From NCBI RefSeq assembly GCF_020745735.1, contig NC_083411.1:89390328-89454327 (forward strand): 64,000 nt of DNA, given 5' to 3'. Position 1 is the first letter of the stretch. The number at the start of each line of letters is the position of its first letter. The translations under genes were made by a program, and so were the position numbers. The notes beneath the pieces were generated by a model. That model searched no databases and was not told the DNA's origin. It saw only the letters and a list, made by a program, of their open reading frames with translations. Of this stretch, positions 50,408 through 62,096 are shown in pieces. The stretch comes from Hemiscyllium ocellatum. Taxonomy: Eukaryota.

Positions 50408-50898
50408 TAAAAGGGTTCAGAAAAGATTTACAAGGATGTTGCCAGGGTTGGATGATCTGAGCTACAAGGAGAGGCTGAACAGGCTGGGGTTGTTTTCCCT
50501 GGAGAGTCGGAGGCTGAGGGGAGACCTTATAGAGGTTTACAAAATTATGAGGATCATGGATAGGATAAATAGACAAAGTCTTTTCTCTAGGGTCGGGGAG
50601 TCCAGAACTAGAGGGCATAGGTTTAGGGTGAGAGGGGAAAGATATAAAAGAGACTTCGGGGGCAACTTTTCACCCAGAGGGTGGAACGTGTATGAAATGA
50701 GCTGTCAGAGGATGTGGCGGAGGCTGGTACATTTGCAACATTTAAGAGGCATTTGGATGGGTATATGAATAGGAACGGTTTGGAGGGATATGGGCCGGGT
50801 GCTGGCAGGTGGGACTAGATTGGGTTGGGATATCTGGTCGGCATGGATGGGTGAGACCGAAGGGTCTGTTTCCATGCTGTATATCTCTATGACTCTAT
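50408..50898 (+). mobile_element. CR1 3' fragment
   Basis: ORF 50367..50768 RVQKRFTRMLPG..RGDLIEVYKIM; tail CTCTATGACTCTAT. Confidence 0.9.
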
Positions 50899-51590
50899 AT
50901 TGATGAGGAAAGAAAGTCAGGTGATGACAGCTATAAAAAGTCCTGTTTACGAATAGTGCAATTTCTGTACAGACGGATGTGAAGCATTTTCTGTACAGTT
51001 GTCGTAGGGCATACGATAGAGAAATTGTTTAAGGATGTCTCTCCCTTCCTGAGAGGATGTTAGTTACATGGGGATTTGTTTTATACAATAATCAACAGTG
51101 GTTTAATTAGACTATTAATACTAGGTTTATTCATTAACTTCAAACTTCACCAGTTGCCATCATGGAATTTGAATCCATGTCTTTCGATCATTAGCCAAGC
51201 CCTCTGGATTACTAGTCCAGTGATATTTCTCCTGTGCCACCATCTTCCCAAATTTTGAAAGGTTCGCAGCATCAATTCAGTTTTCATCTCTTCAACTCCT
51301 TTTCAAATGTGGCCTTTGCAATATTGAACTTATTCTCAGCACAACAACTCACCTACTTGTATATATTCAGCTAAAAATGGGAAAGAAATGCCTGATGGGT
51401 AGACTTGGAGCGTTTCTGAGAAAATACTAAATGTTTAACAAATATTAAATTGACAAATTGGACAAACAATCAAGGTAGTCCTATCAGACGCCACAATTTT
51501 AAAACAAATGTGAGAGAAAAGAGGATACAGAGACAGTCACCAGCACCTAAAAGAACAAGGAGGAACCTGTGCTTTGAAACTCATAGAATC

Positions 51591-51713
51591 CTGATGAAGG
51601 GCTTATGCCCGAAACATCGAATTTCCTGTTCCTTGGATGCTGCCTGACCTGCGCTTTAACCAGCAACACATTTTCAGCTCTGATCTCCAGCATCTGCAGA
51701 CCTCACTTTTTAA
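51591..51713 (+). mobile_element. PLE family B mini-insertion starting at the hammerhead core, with 3' tail
   Basis: CUGAUGA-A-GGGC-uuau-GCCC-GAAA-CAUC; TSD CATAGAATCC at 51582-51591 and 51714-51723. Confidence 0.85.
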
Positions 51714-52045
51714 CATAGAATCCCCATAGTATGGAAGCAGGCCGTTCGGCCCAACAAATCTACACCAACTCTCTGAAGGGCATTTCACCTGGACCTATCC
51801 CATAACTCTGCATTTCCAATAGCTAACTCACCTAATCTACACATCCCTGAACACTATATAGGTAATTTAGCATGGCCAATTCACCTAACTTGCACATCTT
51901 TGGACTGGGGAAGGAAACCAGAGCAAGTAGCAGAAACTCATGGAGACACAGGGAGAACATGTAAACTCCACACAAACAGCAAACCACAGCTGGAAATGGG
52001 TCTATGGTGCTGTAAGGCAGCAATGTTGCCTTACTGTGCCACCCA
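51714..52045 (-). mobile_element. HE1-like V-SINE, older copy
   Basis: Antisense V-domain and CR1-like tail. Confidence 0.8.
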
Positions 52046-52772
52046 AATAGCACAAGAATGTGGAGACAGCAGCTTTGTAAAGATAGAGCGGGTTCAGAAT
52101 CTTGTTTTACAATGTACGAAAGTGGGAACAACAGCTTGATAAAGAGTGATCAATTGTTCCAAAATATAGAAGCACAGAACAGGCCCTTTGGCCCACGATG
52201 TTGTGCCGAACATTTATCCTAGCTTAAGCACCTATCCATGTACCTATCCAATTGCCGCTTAAAGGTCACCAATGATTCTGACTCTGCCACTCCCACAGGC
52301 AGCGCATTCCATGCCCCCACCACTCTCTGGGTAAAGAACCTATCCCTGACATCCCCCCACACCTTCCACCCTTCACCTTAAATTTATGTCCCCTTGTAAC
52401 ACTCTGTTGTACCTGGGGGAAAAAGTCTCTGACTGTCTACTCTATCTATTCCCCGATCATCTTATAAACCTCTATCAAGTCACCCCTCATCCTTCGCTGT
52501 TCCAATGAGAAAAGACCTAGCACTCTCAACCTTTCCTCGTACGACCTATTCTCCATTCCAGGCAACATCCTGGTAAATCTCCTCTGCACCCTCTCCTAAA
52601 CTTCCACATCTTTCCTAAAGTGAGGTGACCAGAAGTGCACATGGTACTGCAAATGTGGCCTTACCAAGGTCCTATACAGCTGCAACATCACCTCACGACT
52701 CTTGAATTCACTCCCTCTGCTCATGAGCGCTAATACAACATAGGCCTTCTTACAAGCTCTATCCACCTGAAT

Positions 52773-52871
52773 TGAAAATGTGTTGCTGGTTAAAGCACAG
52801 CAGGTCAGGCAGCATCCAAGGAACAGGAAATTCGACATGGCAGCATCCAAGGAACAGGAAATTCAACATGG
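52773..52871 (-). mobile_element. PLE family B solo tail-less mini-insertion with an internal 31-bp tandem duplication
   Basis: TSD CTATCCACCTGAAT at 52759-52772 and 52872-52885; GGCAGCATCCAAGGAACAGGAAATTC(G/A)ACAT occurs twice. Confidence 0.85.
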
Positions 52872-53725
52872 CTATCCACCTGAATGGCAACTTTCAAAGA
52901 GCTATGAACATAGACACCAAGATCCCTCTGCTCCTCCACCTTACTAAGAACCCTACTGTTAATCCTGTATTCCGCATTCTTATTTGTCCTTCCAAAATGG
53001 ACAACCTCACACTTGACAGGGTGAACTCCATCTGCCACTTCTTAGCCCAGCTTTGCATCATATCTAAGTCCCTTTGCAGCTGACAACAGCCCTCTTCACT
53101 ATCCTCCACTCCAGCAATCTTCGTATCGTCTGTAAATTTACTGACCCACCCTTTGACTCCCTCCTCCAAGCCATTAATAAAAATTACAAATAGCAGAGGA
53201 CCCAGAACTGATCCCTGCAGAACTCCAGTTATAACTGGGCTCCAGGCTGAATATTTACCATCTACCACCACTCTCTGACTTCGACCGGTTAGCCAGTTCT
53301 CTATCCAACTGGCCAAATTTTCCACTATCCCAAGCCTCCTGACTTTCCGCATAAGCCTACCATGGGGAACCTTATCAAATGCCTTACTAAAATCCATGTA
53401 TACTACATCCACTGCTCTACCCTCATCCACATGCTTGGTCACCTCCTCAAAGAATTCACAAATCCCTCACAAATCCATGCTGGCTGTCCCTAATCAAGCA
53501 GTGTCTTTCCAGATACCCATAGATCCTATCCCTCAGTATCCTTTCCATTACTTTGCCTACCACTGAAGTAAGACTAACTGGCCTGTAAATCTCTGGGCTA
53601 ACCCTATTCCCTTTTTTGAATCAGGGCACAACATTCACCACTCTCCAGTCCCCTGGCACCCCAGTGAAGACGAAAAGATCATTGCCAACGGCTCTAGAAT
53701 TTCCTCTCTTGCTTCCCACATAACA

Positions 53726-54024
53726 CGGCATGGTGGCACAGTGGTTAGCACTGCTGCCTCACAGCGCCTGAGACCCGGGTTCAATTCCCTACTCAGGTGA
53801 CTGACTGTGTGAAGTTTGCAGGTTCTCCCCGTGTCTGTGTGGGTTTCCTCTGGGTGCTCCGGTTTCCTCCCACAGTCCAAAGATGTGCGAGTCAGGTGAA
53901 TTGGCCATGCTAAATTGCCCGTAGTGTTAGGTTAGGGGTAAATGTAGGGGTATGCGCTTCGGCGGGTTGGTGTGGACTTGTTGGGCCGAAGGGCCTGTTT
54001 CCACACTGTAAGTAATCTAATCTA
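53726..54024 (+). mobile_element. HE1 V-SINE nested in CR1
   Basis: HE1 head, V-domain and (AATCT)n tail. Confidence 0.9.
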
Positions 54025-54880
54025 TAATCCTAGGATATATCCCGTCAGGCCTGGGGGACTTGTCTATCCTCAAGTTTTTCAAAATGCCCAATACATCTTC
54101 CTTCCTAACAAGTATCTCCTCCAGCTTACCAGTCTGTTTCATACTCTCCTCTTCAACAATACGGTCCCTCTCATTTGTAAATACTGAAGAAACGTACTCA
54201 TTCAAGACCTCTCCTATCTCTTCCGACTAATACACAGTCTCCCACTACTGTCCTTGATCGGACCTACCCTCGTTCTCATCATTCTCATGTTTCTCACATA
54301 GGCATAAAAGGCCTTGGGGTTATCCTTGGTCCTACCCGCCAAAGATTTTTCATGCTATCTCTTAGCTCTCCTAATCCCTTTCTTCAGCTCCCTCCTGGCT
54401 ATCCTGTATCCCTCCAACGCTCTGTCTGAACCTTGTTTCCTCAACCTTATGTAAGCCTCCTTCTTCCTCTTTACAAGGCATTCAACCTCCCTCGTCAACC
54501 AAGGTTCCCTCACACGACCATCTCTTTCCTGCCTGACAGGTACATACATATCAAGAACACGTTGTATCCACATTTCAACGACATGCTTCCCTGACAGCCT
54601 ATGCTCCCAACTTATACTCCTCAGATCCTGTCTTGCAGCATCATATTTACCCTTCCCCCAATTGTAAAACCTACCCTGTTGCATGCACCTATCTCTCTCC
54701 ATAACCAAGGTGAAAGTCACAGAACTGTGGTCACCATCACCAAAATGCTCACCCACTAACAAGCCCATCACTTGTCCTGGTTCGTTACCAAGTTCCAAAT
54801 CCAATATGGCCTCCCCTCTGGTCGGACAATCTACGTACTGAGTTAGAAAAGCTTCCCAGACAGGAAGCTATACTTCACTT

Positions 54881-55293
54881 AGTGAGTTTTGAGAAGATTT
54901 GTAGCTCAGGTTGAGGTTCTGGATGTAGGTTTGATCGCTGAGCTGAAAGGTTTGTTTTCAGACATTTCGTTACCATACTAGGTAACATTGTTAGTGAGCC
55001 TCTGAATGAAGCACTGGTGGTGTGGCCCACTTTGTATGTTTGAATTTCCTTTGGGTGGTGACATCATTTCCTATGGTGGTGTAATTTCCTGTTCCTTTTC
55101 TCTGGGGGGGGGGGTGTAAATGGGATCCAAGTCAATGTGTTTGTTGACAGAGCTCCATTTGAGAATTCCTAGAAGCGTGGCATTCCATGGCACCATCAGT
55201 GCTTCATTTGGAGGCTTGTTGAAGATGTTACCTAGTACAGAGACAAAACATCTGAAAATGAATCTTCCAGCTCAGCGAGAAAACCTGCATCCA
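54881..55293. mobile_element. Older PLE family A-type fold-back insertion
   Basis: Tailed - arm and tail-less + arm, both with degenerate hammerheads; TSD TATACTTCA at 54869-54877 and 55294-55302. Confidence 0.7.
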
Positions 55294-57294
55294 TATACTT
55301 CAGTATGAATGCAAAATGTGCTACTGATACTTAACTAATGGAAAACAAGCATTGAATACTGTGCAATAATTATATCTACAGTATAAACTCCATCAACTTA
55401 TCAGAATTTTATGTCACTCTACGATAAACAGAGCAGCTGTACAACCTAAGAATATGAAAACTTGTCACAAAAGTCACAGTGCGTGAGCCATGTGTCCAGA
55501 ATTTGTTGCAAAATGGCTGATTTTAGCGAAGTGTTAGTGGGCTTGACTGCTATTTATTCCTCCATCATATGTGGGAATTGCTGTTAAAGATCCACATTTA
55601 GGTCTCAATTCCTAGAAGCACTACAGCCTGTGCAGTGAAGTTACAGACACAGTTATAAGAAAGGGAGTTCCTGGACTCTTTTTTTATATATACAGTAATT
55701 CAAGAACATCGGTGTTTTTCAAAGTCAGGGCAACTTGTTGGTGTTTCCGTGCTCCTGCTGATGGTGTTTTTCTAGGTGAGATGCTGTCAAATAAGTCTTG
55801 ATATTGAAAAAAAAATCAAATAGCTGTGGAAACTGCAAGAGTTTGATGTGGCTAACAATCCATTCCAGGAGAAGTCGTGATGAGTTACTTCAATGCATGT
55901 TGTACATAATAGTCATTGCAACTACAGTGCATTGGTGGTGGAGAGAGTGAATAATGTGGATGAGGTATCAGTCACTCGGGCGACTTTGTTCTGGATGATG
56001 CTGAGCTTCTTAAAGTATTGATAGAAATGTACTCATCCAGGGAAGTAGAGTATTCCCTAACATTTCTGACTAGTGCTTTGCAGTATAGAAAATAGGAACA
56101 GGAGTAGGGAAGGAGAGTGGGGTCAGAACCTTCTCCTACAAGCTCTGCTACTCAGTGTTATCATGACTGATCTCTGTCAACATCGTACTCTCTCCCCACA
56201 CCCCTTTGACATTTCTATCCCTCAAATCAGAATAGATAGATAGGCTTTGGGGAGCATGAGGTGAGCTACTCAGCATAGAATATTCTATGACCAATTCCTG
56301 TAGAAAAATAGCTTGTATGGTGAGTCCAGTTAAGTTTCTGGTCAATTGTACCCTCAGTATGTTGATGGTGGGCAATTTGGTACTGGCAATGCCATTGAAT
56401 ATAAAGGGGTAATGGCTGTATTCCCTTGTTGTAAATATTCATTGCCTGACATATGTATGATGTCAATTTTACTTGCCACTTTTATTAACCTATTTGTCTA
56501 ATCAACTTATTCAGAGGTGTTACAAATCTCTGGAGCAGGTGGAACTTGAACCTAGATCACTCAGTGACTGTTTAGGGACACTATGCTTGCCACTTATTAG
56601 CCCAAGCCTGTTAGCCAGGACCTGTATGTGGGAAAAGAACACTTGGTGTCATTAATTTCAATGTTACTATGGCTTATTGATACCATACTTGGTTAAATGC
56701 TGCCTTGATGAGGAGGGCAGTCACTCTCGTTTCACCCTAGAATTCAGCACCTTTGATTATTTTTAGGCCAAGACTATATTGAGGATTGAAGCTAGAAGTT
56801 CAAATAAGGAGGCTACAAAAATATAAAGCTAAGTTTTTAGTGAGTGGGCAAAGATCTGGCAAATTGAATGGAATGTGGGAAAATGTGGAATTGTCTATTT
56901 TGGTCGGAAGAATAAAAAAATGAAGCATGTTGTCTAATTGGTGAAAGGATGCAGAGCAACTGCAATCCTAGTGCACGATGCACAAAAAATAGTGTGCAGG
57001 TACAGCAAGTCATTAGGAAAGTTAATAGAATTTTATCATTTGTTACAAAGGGAACAGAATACAAATAAGGCAGATATGCCTCAGTTATACTGGGCATTAG
57101 TGAGACCAGATCTGGACTACTGTTGGTCTCAAACACAAATTGAAATTGCTGCACAAGCTCAGCAGGTCTGGAAGAATCTATGAAGAGAAATCGGAGTCAA
57201 CATTTCGGATCCAGTGACTCTTCCTCAGTACTTGCCAGTTTTTAAATGCATTGGAAACAGTTCAGAAAAGATTTACTGGACAAATACCTAAAAT

Positions 57295-57950
57295 GGGAGA
57301 AAGTGAAGAGTGCAGATGCTGGAGACTCCGTGTCGAAAAGTGTGGTGCTGGAAATACACACACACCAGGCAGCAACTGAGGAGCAGGAGAGTCAACGTTT
57401 TGGGCATAAGATTTCCATCAGGAATGTTGGGGGGTGGGGGGAGCTGAGAAATAAATAGGAGGTTAGGGGTGGGGCTGGGGGAAAGCTAGCTGGGAAGGCG
57501 ATAGGTAGATGCAGGTGAGGGATGATTGTGGTAGGTTGGTGGGGAGGATGGAGTGGACAGGTGGGAAGGAAGATGGACAGATGGGACAAGTCAAGAGGGC
57601 GGTGCCAATTTGGAGGGTTGGATTTGGGATGAGTTTGGGGGGAGGGGAAATTTGGAAACTGATGAAGTCGACGTTGATGTCGTGTGGTTGAAGGATCCTA
57701 AGGCGCAATATGAAGTGTTCTTCCTCCAGGCATAGGCTTGGATTTGGTAGTGGAGGAGGCCCAGGACTTGCATGTCCATCGTGGAGTGGGAGGGGGAGTT
57801 GAAGTGGTCAGCCACATGGCAGTGGGGTTGTTGGGAGCATGTGTCTCAGAGATGTTCCTTGAAGCACTCTGCGAGTTGGCTTTCCGTATCCCAGTGTAGA
57901 GGAGACTACATCGAAAGCCAGGACACAGTAGATAAGGTGCAGGAAAGTCC
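57295..57950 (-). mobile_element. PLE family B 3' fragment with tail
   Basis: ORFs 57591..57815 and 57463..57708 (ADHFNSPSHS..MQVLGLLH; LQPHDINVDF); CUGAUGG..AAAACGUU remnant near 57395-57422. Confidence 0.8.
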
Positions 57951-57954
57951 GGCA

Positions 57955-59540
57955 GAGTTTTCTATTTCTAATCTCTTTCTCGATTTGCTCTTATCAAATT
58001 CACGAGGATGTATCCACGCTCACAGTCAACACTTGATGTCTGAGATGTTGCACAAATGTCCAGAAAATTGGACGTCCTTTAGAGCATAGCTAACCAAATC
58101 ACTGAATGTTTGAATAAAACCCGTCTTGACATTTTCCACAACGACAAATTTGAAGTCAGACCATTCCTCATGTATCTTTGTGGCCACGTTTTTTAATAAT
58201 ATTTTGATTTATAAGTAGAATGTTCCAATATGTTGCACAGTACTGTCTTTCCAAATTCATAATCTTTTTTCTTGGTTTCTTGCAGCATGATCAAATGCAT
58301 GCCACCCTCATAATTCTTCTTCTGGAAATCTGCTTTCCATTAGTTGTATAGGTGTTCAATAAATTGAAAGACTCCAGCAGTGTCCACATCACTGAGAGCA
58401 GCCAGGACCTTCTTCACTCCTAGTTCACCTCGATACTGGGTTCTCAGTTTACTGATCTAGGCTTCAGGAAATTGCATGCTTCAATAGTTGTTAAAGAGCT
58501 TCTCTGCAAGAATTTGCACAATGATATCAATTCAACAAGAATACCATTCAGAGCTGTCAATACAATGCAATATTTTGACTTTGTCAGCATCTTCAGGCAA
58601 TACTTGGTTTTTTGGATCATTGCACTGATTCACTTGCTCTCTGCAGTAATCAATTGAGCCATTGTGGTTTTTGCCTTAAGTGCACTCACTGCAAAGTATC
58701 TTGACAGCCATCTCGCATCATTCAGAGGTTGAAATGCCACTGTATTACATTGTGACTTAGGGCAAGTTAAAGATTTTTTTTCTGTTCTTCACAGTTGATT
58801 TCTGAACATTGTATAGACCACGTTCTTAGAAGCTTTGCAAAGTTGACCCCTCTATCCAAACATCACCAATTCTCAGATGTTCTCTGTAAGCAACGCAATG
58901 CTGTTCTGACAAATGGTTAATTTTGTAAGATTGTGACTACTCCATTTTTCTTTCCTAGCATAACAGAGGCTCTGTCTGATGTAAACTTTGCCATCTTCTG
59001 TAAATCAAGGTAACTGAATGTAAAATTGATTGATTGTTGCCACATCAAGGCACTGTTGCAATCAATGAGTTTCAAAATTCCTGCAAAGGCAGTATTGTAA
59101 GCAAGTTCAGATTCTGGTCAAAACTTGATGTATGAAATCAACATTTTTTTCTCTACTAAAATGTTCATACTTTTATCCACTAGCAATGTATGAAACAGTG
59201 ATTTGCGCAATCAACTATCTGTATAATAAAACCAAAACACTCCACAAATTCAAAGGTGTAATTCTCACTGCACAAGCTGTCAATTACTTTGCCACATGAT
59301 CATCAATGTCTTGTACGCAAGCATGGATGCATGCATCCTTACTGCATGTATGACATTATCAGTGAGAACTTTCACTATACTCTGGATCATATATTTCACA
59401 ATAAGTTAAAATGTCACCAAGTCATGCATTCTGTTTCTATGTTAAGGATGACATTTCAGTTTTGATGAAGCCATTCCATTATGAAATGTGCTCAGAATTT
59501 CTTTCTTTTTTGAAGACTCATTTGCTTGACATTTGGACAT
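57955..59540 (-). pseudogene. Decayed hAT-superfamily transposase (ZNF862/C17orf113-like)
   Basis: Manual minus-strand translation gives motifs in canonical order: FHTLLVDKS (~59185), FTSDRASVMLGKKNGV (~58960), EQHCVAYREHL (~58890), PLNDARWLSR (~58710) and SSVDCERGY dimerisation motif (~58020); many stops and frameshifts. Confidence 0.75.
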
Positions 59541-60706
59541 ATTTAAACTTCTCAAGAAAGCAAAGTTTTAAAATATGAAAGTGAAATATAACTTGCCTTA
59601 TGTCTTTCTTCCTTCTGGAGTGGCTGCCTCCTTCCTGGACCTCGTGCCTGATCCTCCTGGTCATTGCTGAGAAGACTGTTAACTCTTCACGACTTACCAG
59701 TCCTGTTCTGACAGCTTTCACCTCAAATAGCCGACTGGAGGTGATTGAGTTTAGCTGCCTTGATAATCACAAATGTTAATGTTTTGATTAGACCTGGAAG
59801 CAGTTGTGTGGCTAAGTCACAAGTTCAGAAGTACTGGACTCTGTTCTGGTGTGTGAAGGATCCTGGGATTCATGCATCATTCATTTGAAGGGGTTGGAAA
59901 GGTGCTGGGTAGACATTTAGATGATTCCTTCATTGGCTATCCATATGTGGCTCTTGGGAAGATACTACTTAGGAGGTCTGGTGAGGATTCCTCCCTTGAC
60001 TATTTGGATGTGACCATCCAGTGTGTGGCCAATCATGGGAAATGCATGCACGCAGCTTAAAGAGAACATTGATGGTACAGCCAAAAGGTCTGCTCCTGCT
60101 TTCAACTCACGTTGCAGCTTGGTAATTGGCCTGATTGGATTTGTCCTTTTTTTTATTAATGAATATGACATACCTAGTCAATTTTCATAATGTAACACTG
60201 CTATCTGTCCAACAACAAGAGTGGAATAGTTTGACTGGGAGCCTGACTTGTTCTTGAGCACAGTGGCCTGGATGTCATCTAAACCCACAGTCTTTGTTGT
60301 TTCCAAAAATGAAAACAGAAATTGCTAGCAAAACTCAGCAGGTTTGGTAACATCTTTTGGGAGAAAACAAAGTTAACATTTTGAATCTGGTGACTCTTCA
60401 TCTGAATGTCATAGAGTCATAGATGCATTTGCTGTGTGCACTGGACTCAGACATTTCTTTATTTCACATGGACTAAATCAAATTGGCTAAAGACTCCTTG
60501 GTATTTTTGATGCTGGGACCTCAGGAGAAATGTAGAATCACATCAATTTGCACTGGTTTCAATTTTTCTTCATTATGGAGCAGATCTTTAGTTTCATCTC
60601 CCACATTAATGAAGAACAGATTTCCATTTGGCACAGAAACCAAATGGTACTTTTTATCTTGTCTTTTGTGCTGATGTGGTAGGCTTCTTGGTGAGGATAG
60701 GGATAT

Positions 60707-62096
60707 CATAGAACATAGAACATAGAAGGATACAGCGCAGTACAGGCCCTTCGGCCCTCGATGTTGCGCCGACCGAATCCTACCTAACCTATACTAGCCC
60801 AATAACTTCCAAATGCCTATCCAATGCCCGCTTAAATGACCATAAAGAAGGAGAGTTCACCACTGCTACTGGCAGGGCATTCCATGAACTCACAACCCGC
60901 TGTGTGAAGAATCTACCCCTAACATCTGTCCTATACCTACCACCCCTTAATTTAAAGCTATGTCCCCTAGTAACACCTGACTCCATTAGCGGTAAAAGGT
61001 TCTTAGTATCTACCCTATCTAAACCCCTAATCATCTTATACACTTCTATCAGATCTCCCCTAAACCTTCTCTTCTCCAATGAGAACAGCCCCAAGTGCCT
61101 CAGCCTTTCCTCATAAGATTTTCCTACCATTCCAGGCAACATCCTGGTAAACCTCCTCTGCACTCGTTCTAAAGCTTCCACATCCATCCTATAGTATGGC
61201 GACCAAAACTGCACACAATACTCCAGATGAGGCCTCACCAGAGTCTTATACAACTGCAACATGACCTCAGGACTCCGGAACTCAATTCCTCTGCCAATAA
61301 AGCCCAGTACACCATATGCCTTCCTCACAGCACTATTTACCTGGGTGGCAACTTTCAGAGATCTGTGTACATGGACACCAAGATCCCTCTGCTCATCCAC
61401 ACTACCAAGTAGCCTACCATTAGCCCAGTAATCCATCATCTTGTTATTCCTACCAAAGTGAACGACTTCGCACTTAGCTACATTGAATTCCATTTGCCAC
61501 ATTTCCGCCCAGCTCTGCAACTTATCTATATCCCGCTGCAACCTACCACTTCCTTCCTCACTATCCACAACTCCACCGACTTTTGTGTCATCCGCAAACT
61601 TGCTTACCCAGCTTTCAAGTCCTTCCTCTAGATCATTTATAAAGATAACAAAAAGCAATGGTCCCAAAACAGATCCTTGTGGTACACCGCTAGTAACTGC
61701 GCTCCAAGATGAACATAATCCATCAACTACTACCCTCTGTCTCCTTCCAGCCAGCCAATTCCTAATCCAAACCTCTAATGTATCCTCAATGCCATACCTC
61801 CGAAGTTTTAGCATTAGCCTACCATGGGGAACCTTATCGAACGCCTTACTAAAATCCATATACACAACATCTACTGCTTTACCCTCATCCACTTCCTTAG
61901 TCACCTTCTCAAAGAACTCAATAAGGTTTGTGAGGCACGACCTGCCCTTCACAAAACCATGCTGGCTATCCCTGATGACGTTATTCCTACCCAGATGTTC
62001 ATAAATCTTATCCCTTACCATTCTCTCTAAGACTTTGCCCACCACTGAAGTCAGACTCACTGGCCTATAGTTACTAGGGCTATCCCTACACCCTTT
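60707..62096 (-). mobile_element. Young CR1 LINE, 5'-truncated, with an uninterrupted 423-aa RT ORF (60789..62060)
   Basis: DSQHGFVKGRSCLTNL, YMDFSKAFDKVPH, GVPQGSVLGPLLF, KFADD; (CTATGTT)n tail. Confidence 0.97.

Larger units (their letters stand above)
52165..54856 (-). mobile_element. CR1 LINE (~2.3 kb) with a nested HE1 SINE and a PLE mini-insertion
   Basis: ORFs 54355..54804, 54017..54205, 52894..53442 (YMDFSKAFDKVPH, QGSVLGPLLF, KFTDD) and 52596..52850. Confidence 0.92.

Noticed and set aside
61483-62004. 173-aa + strand ORF and other ORFs antisense to CR1/PLE RT
   Set aside because: These are antisense shadows of the retroelement coding strand.
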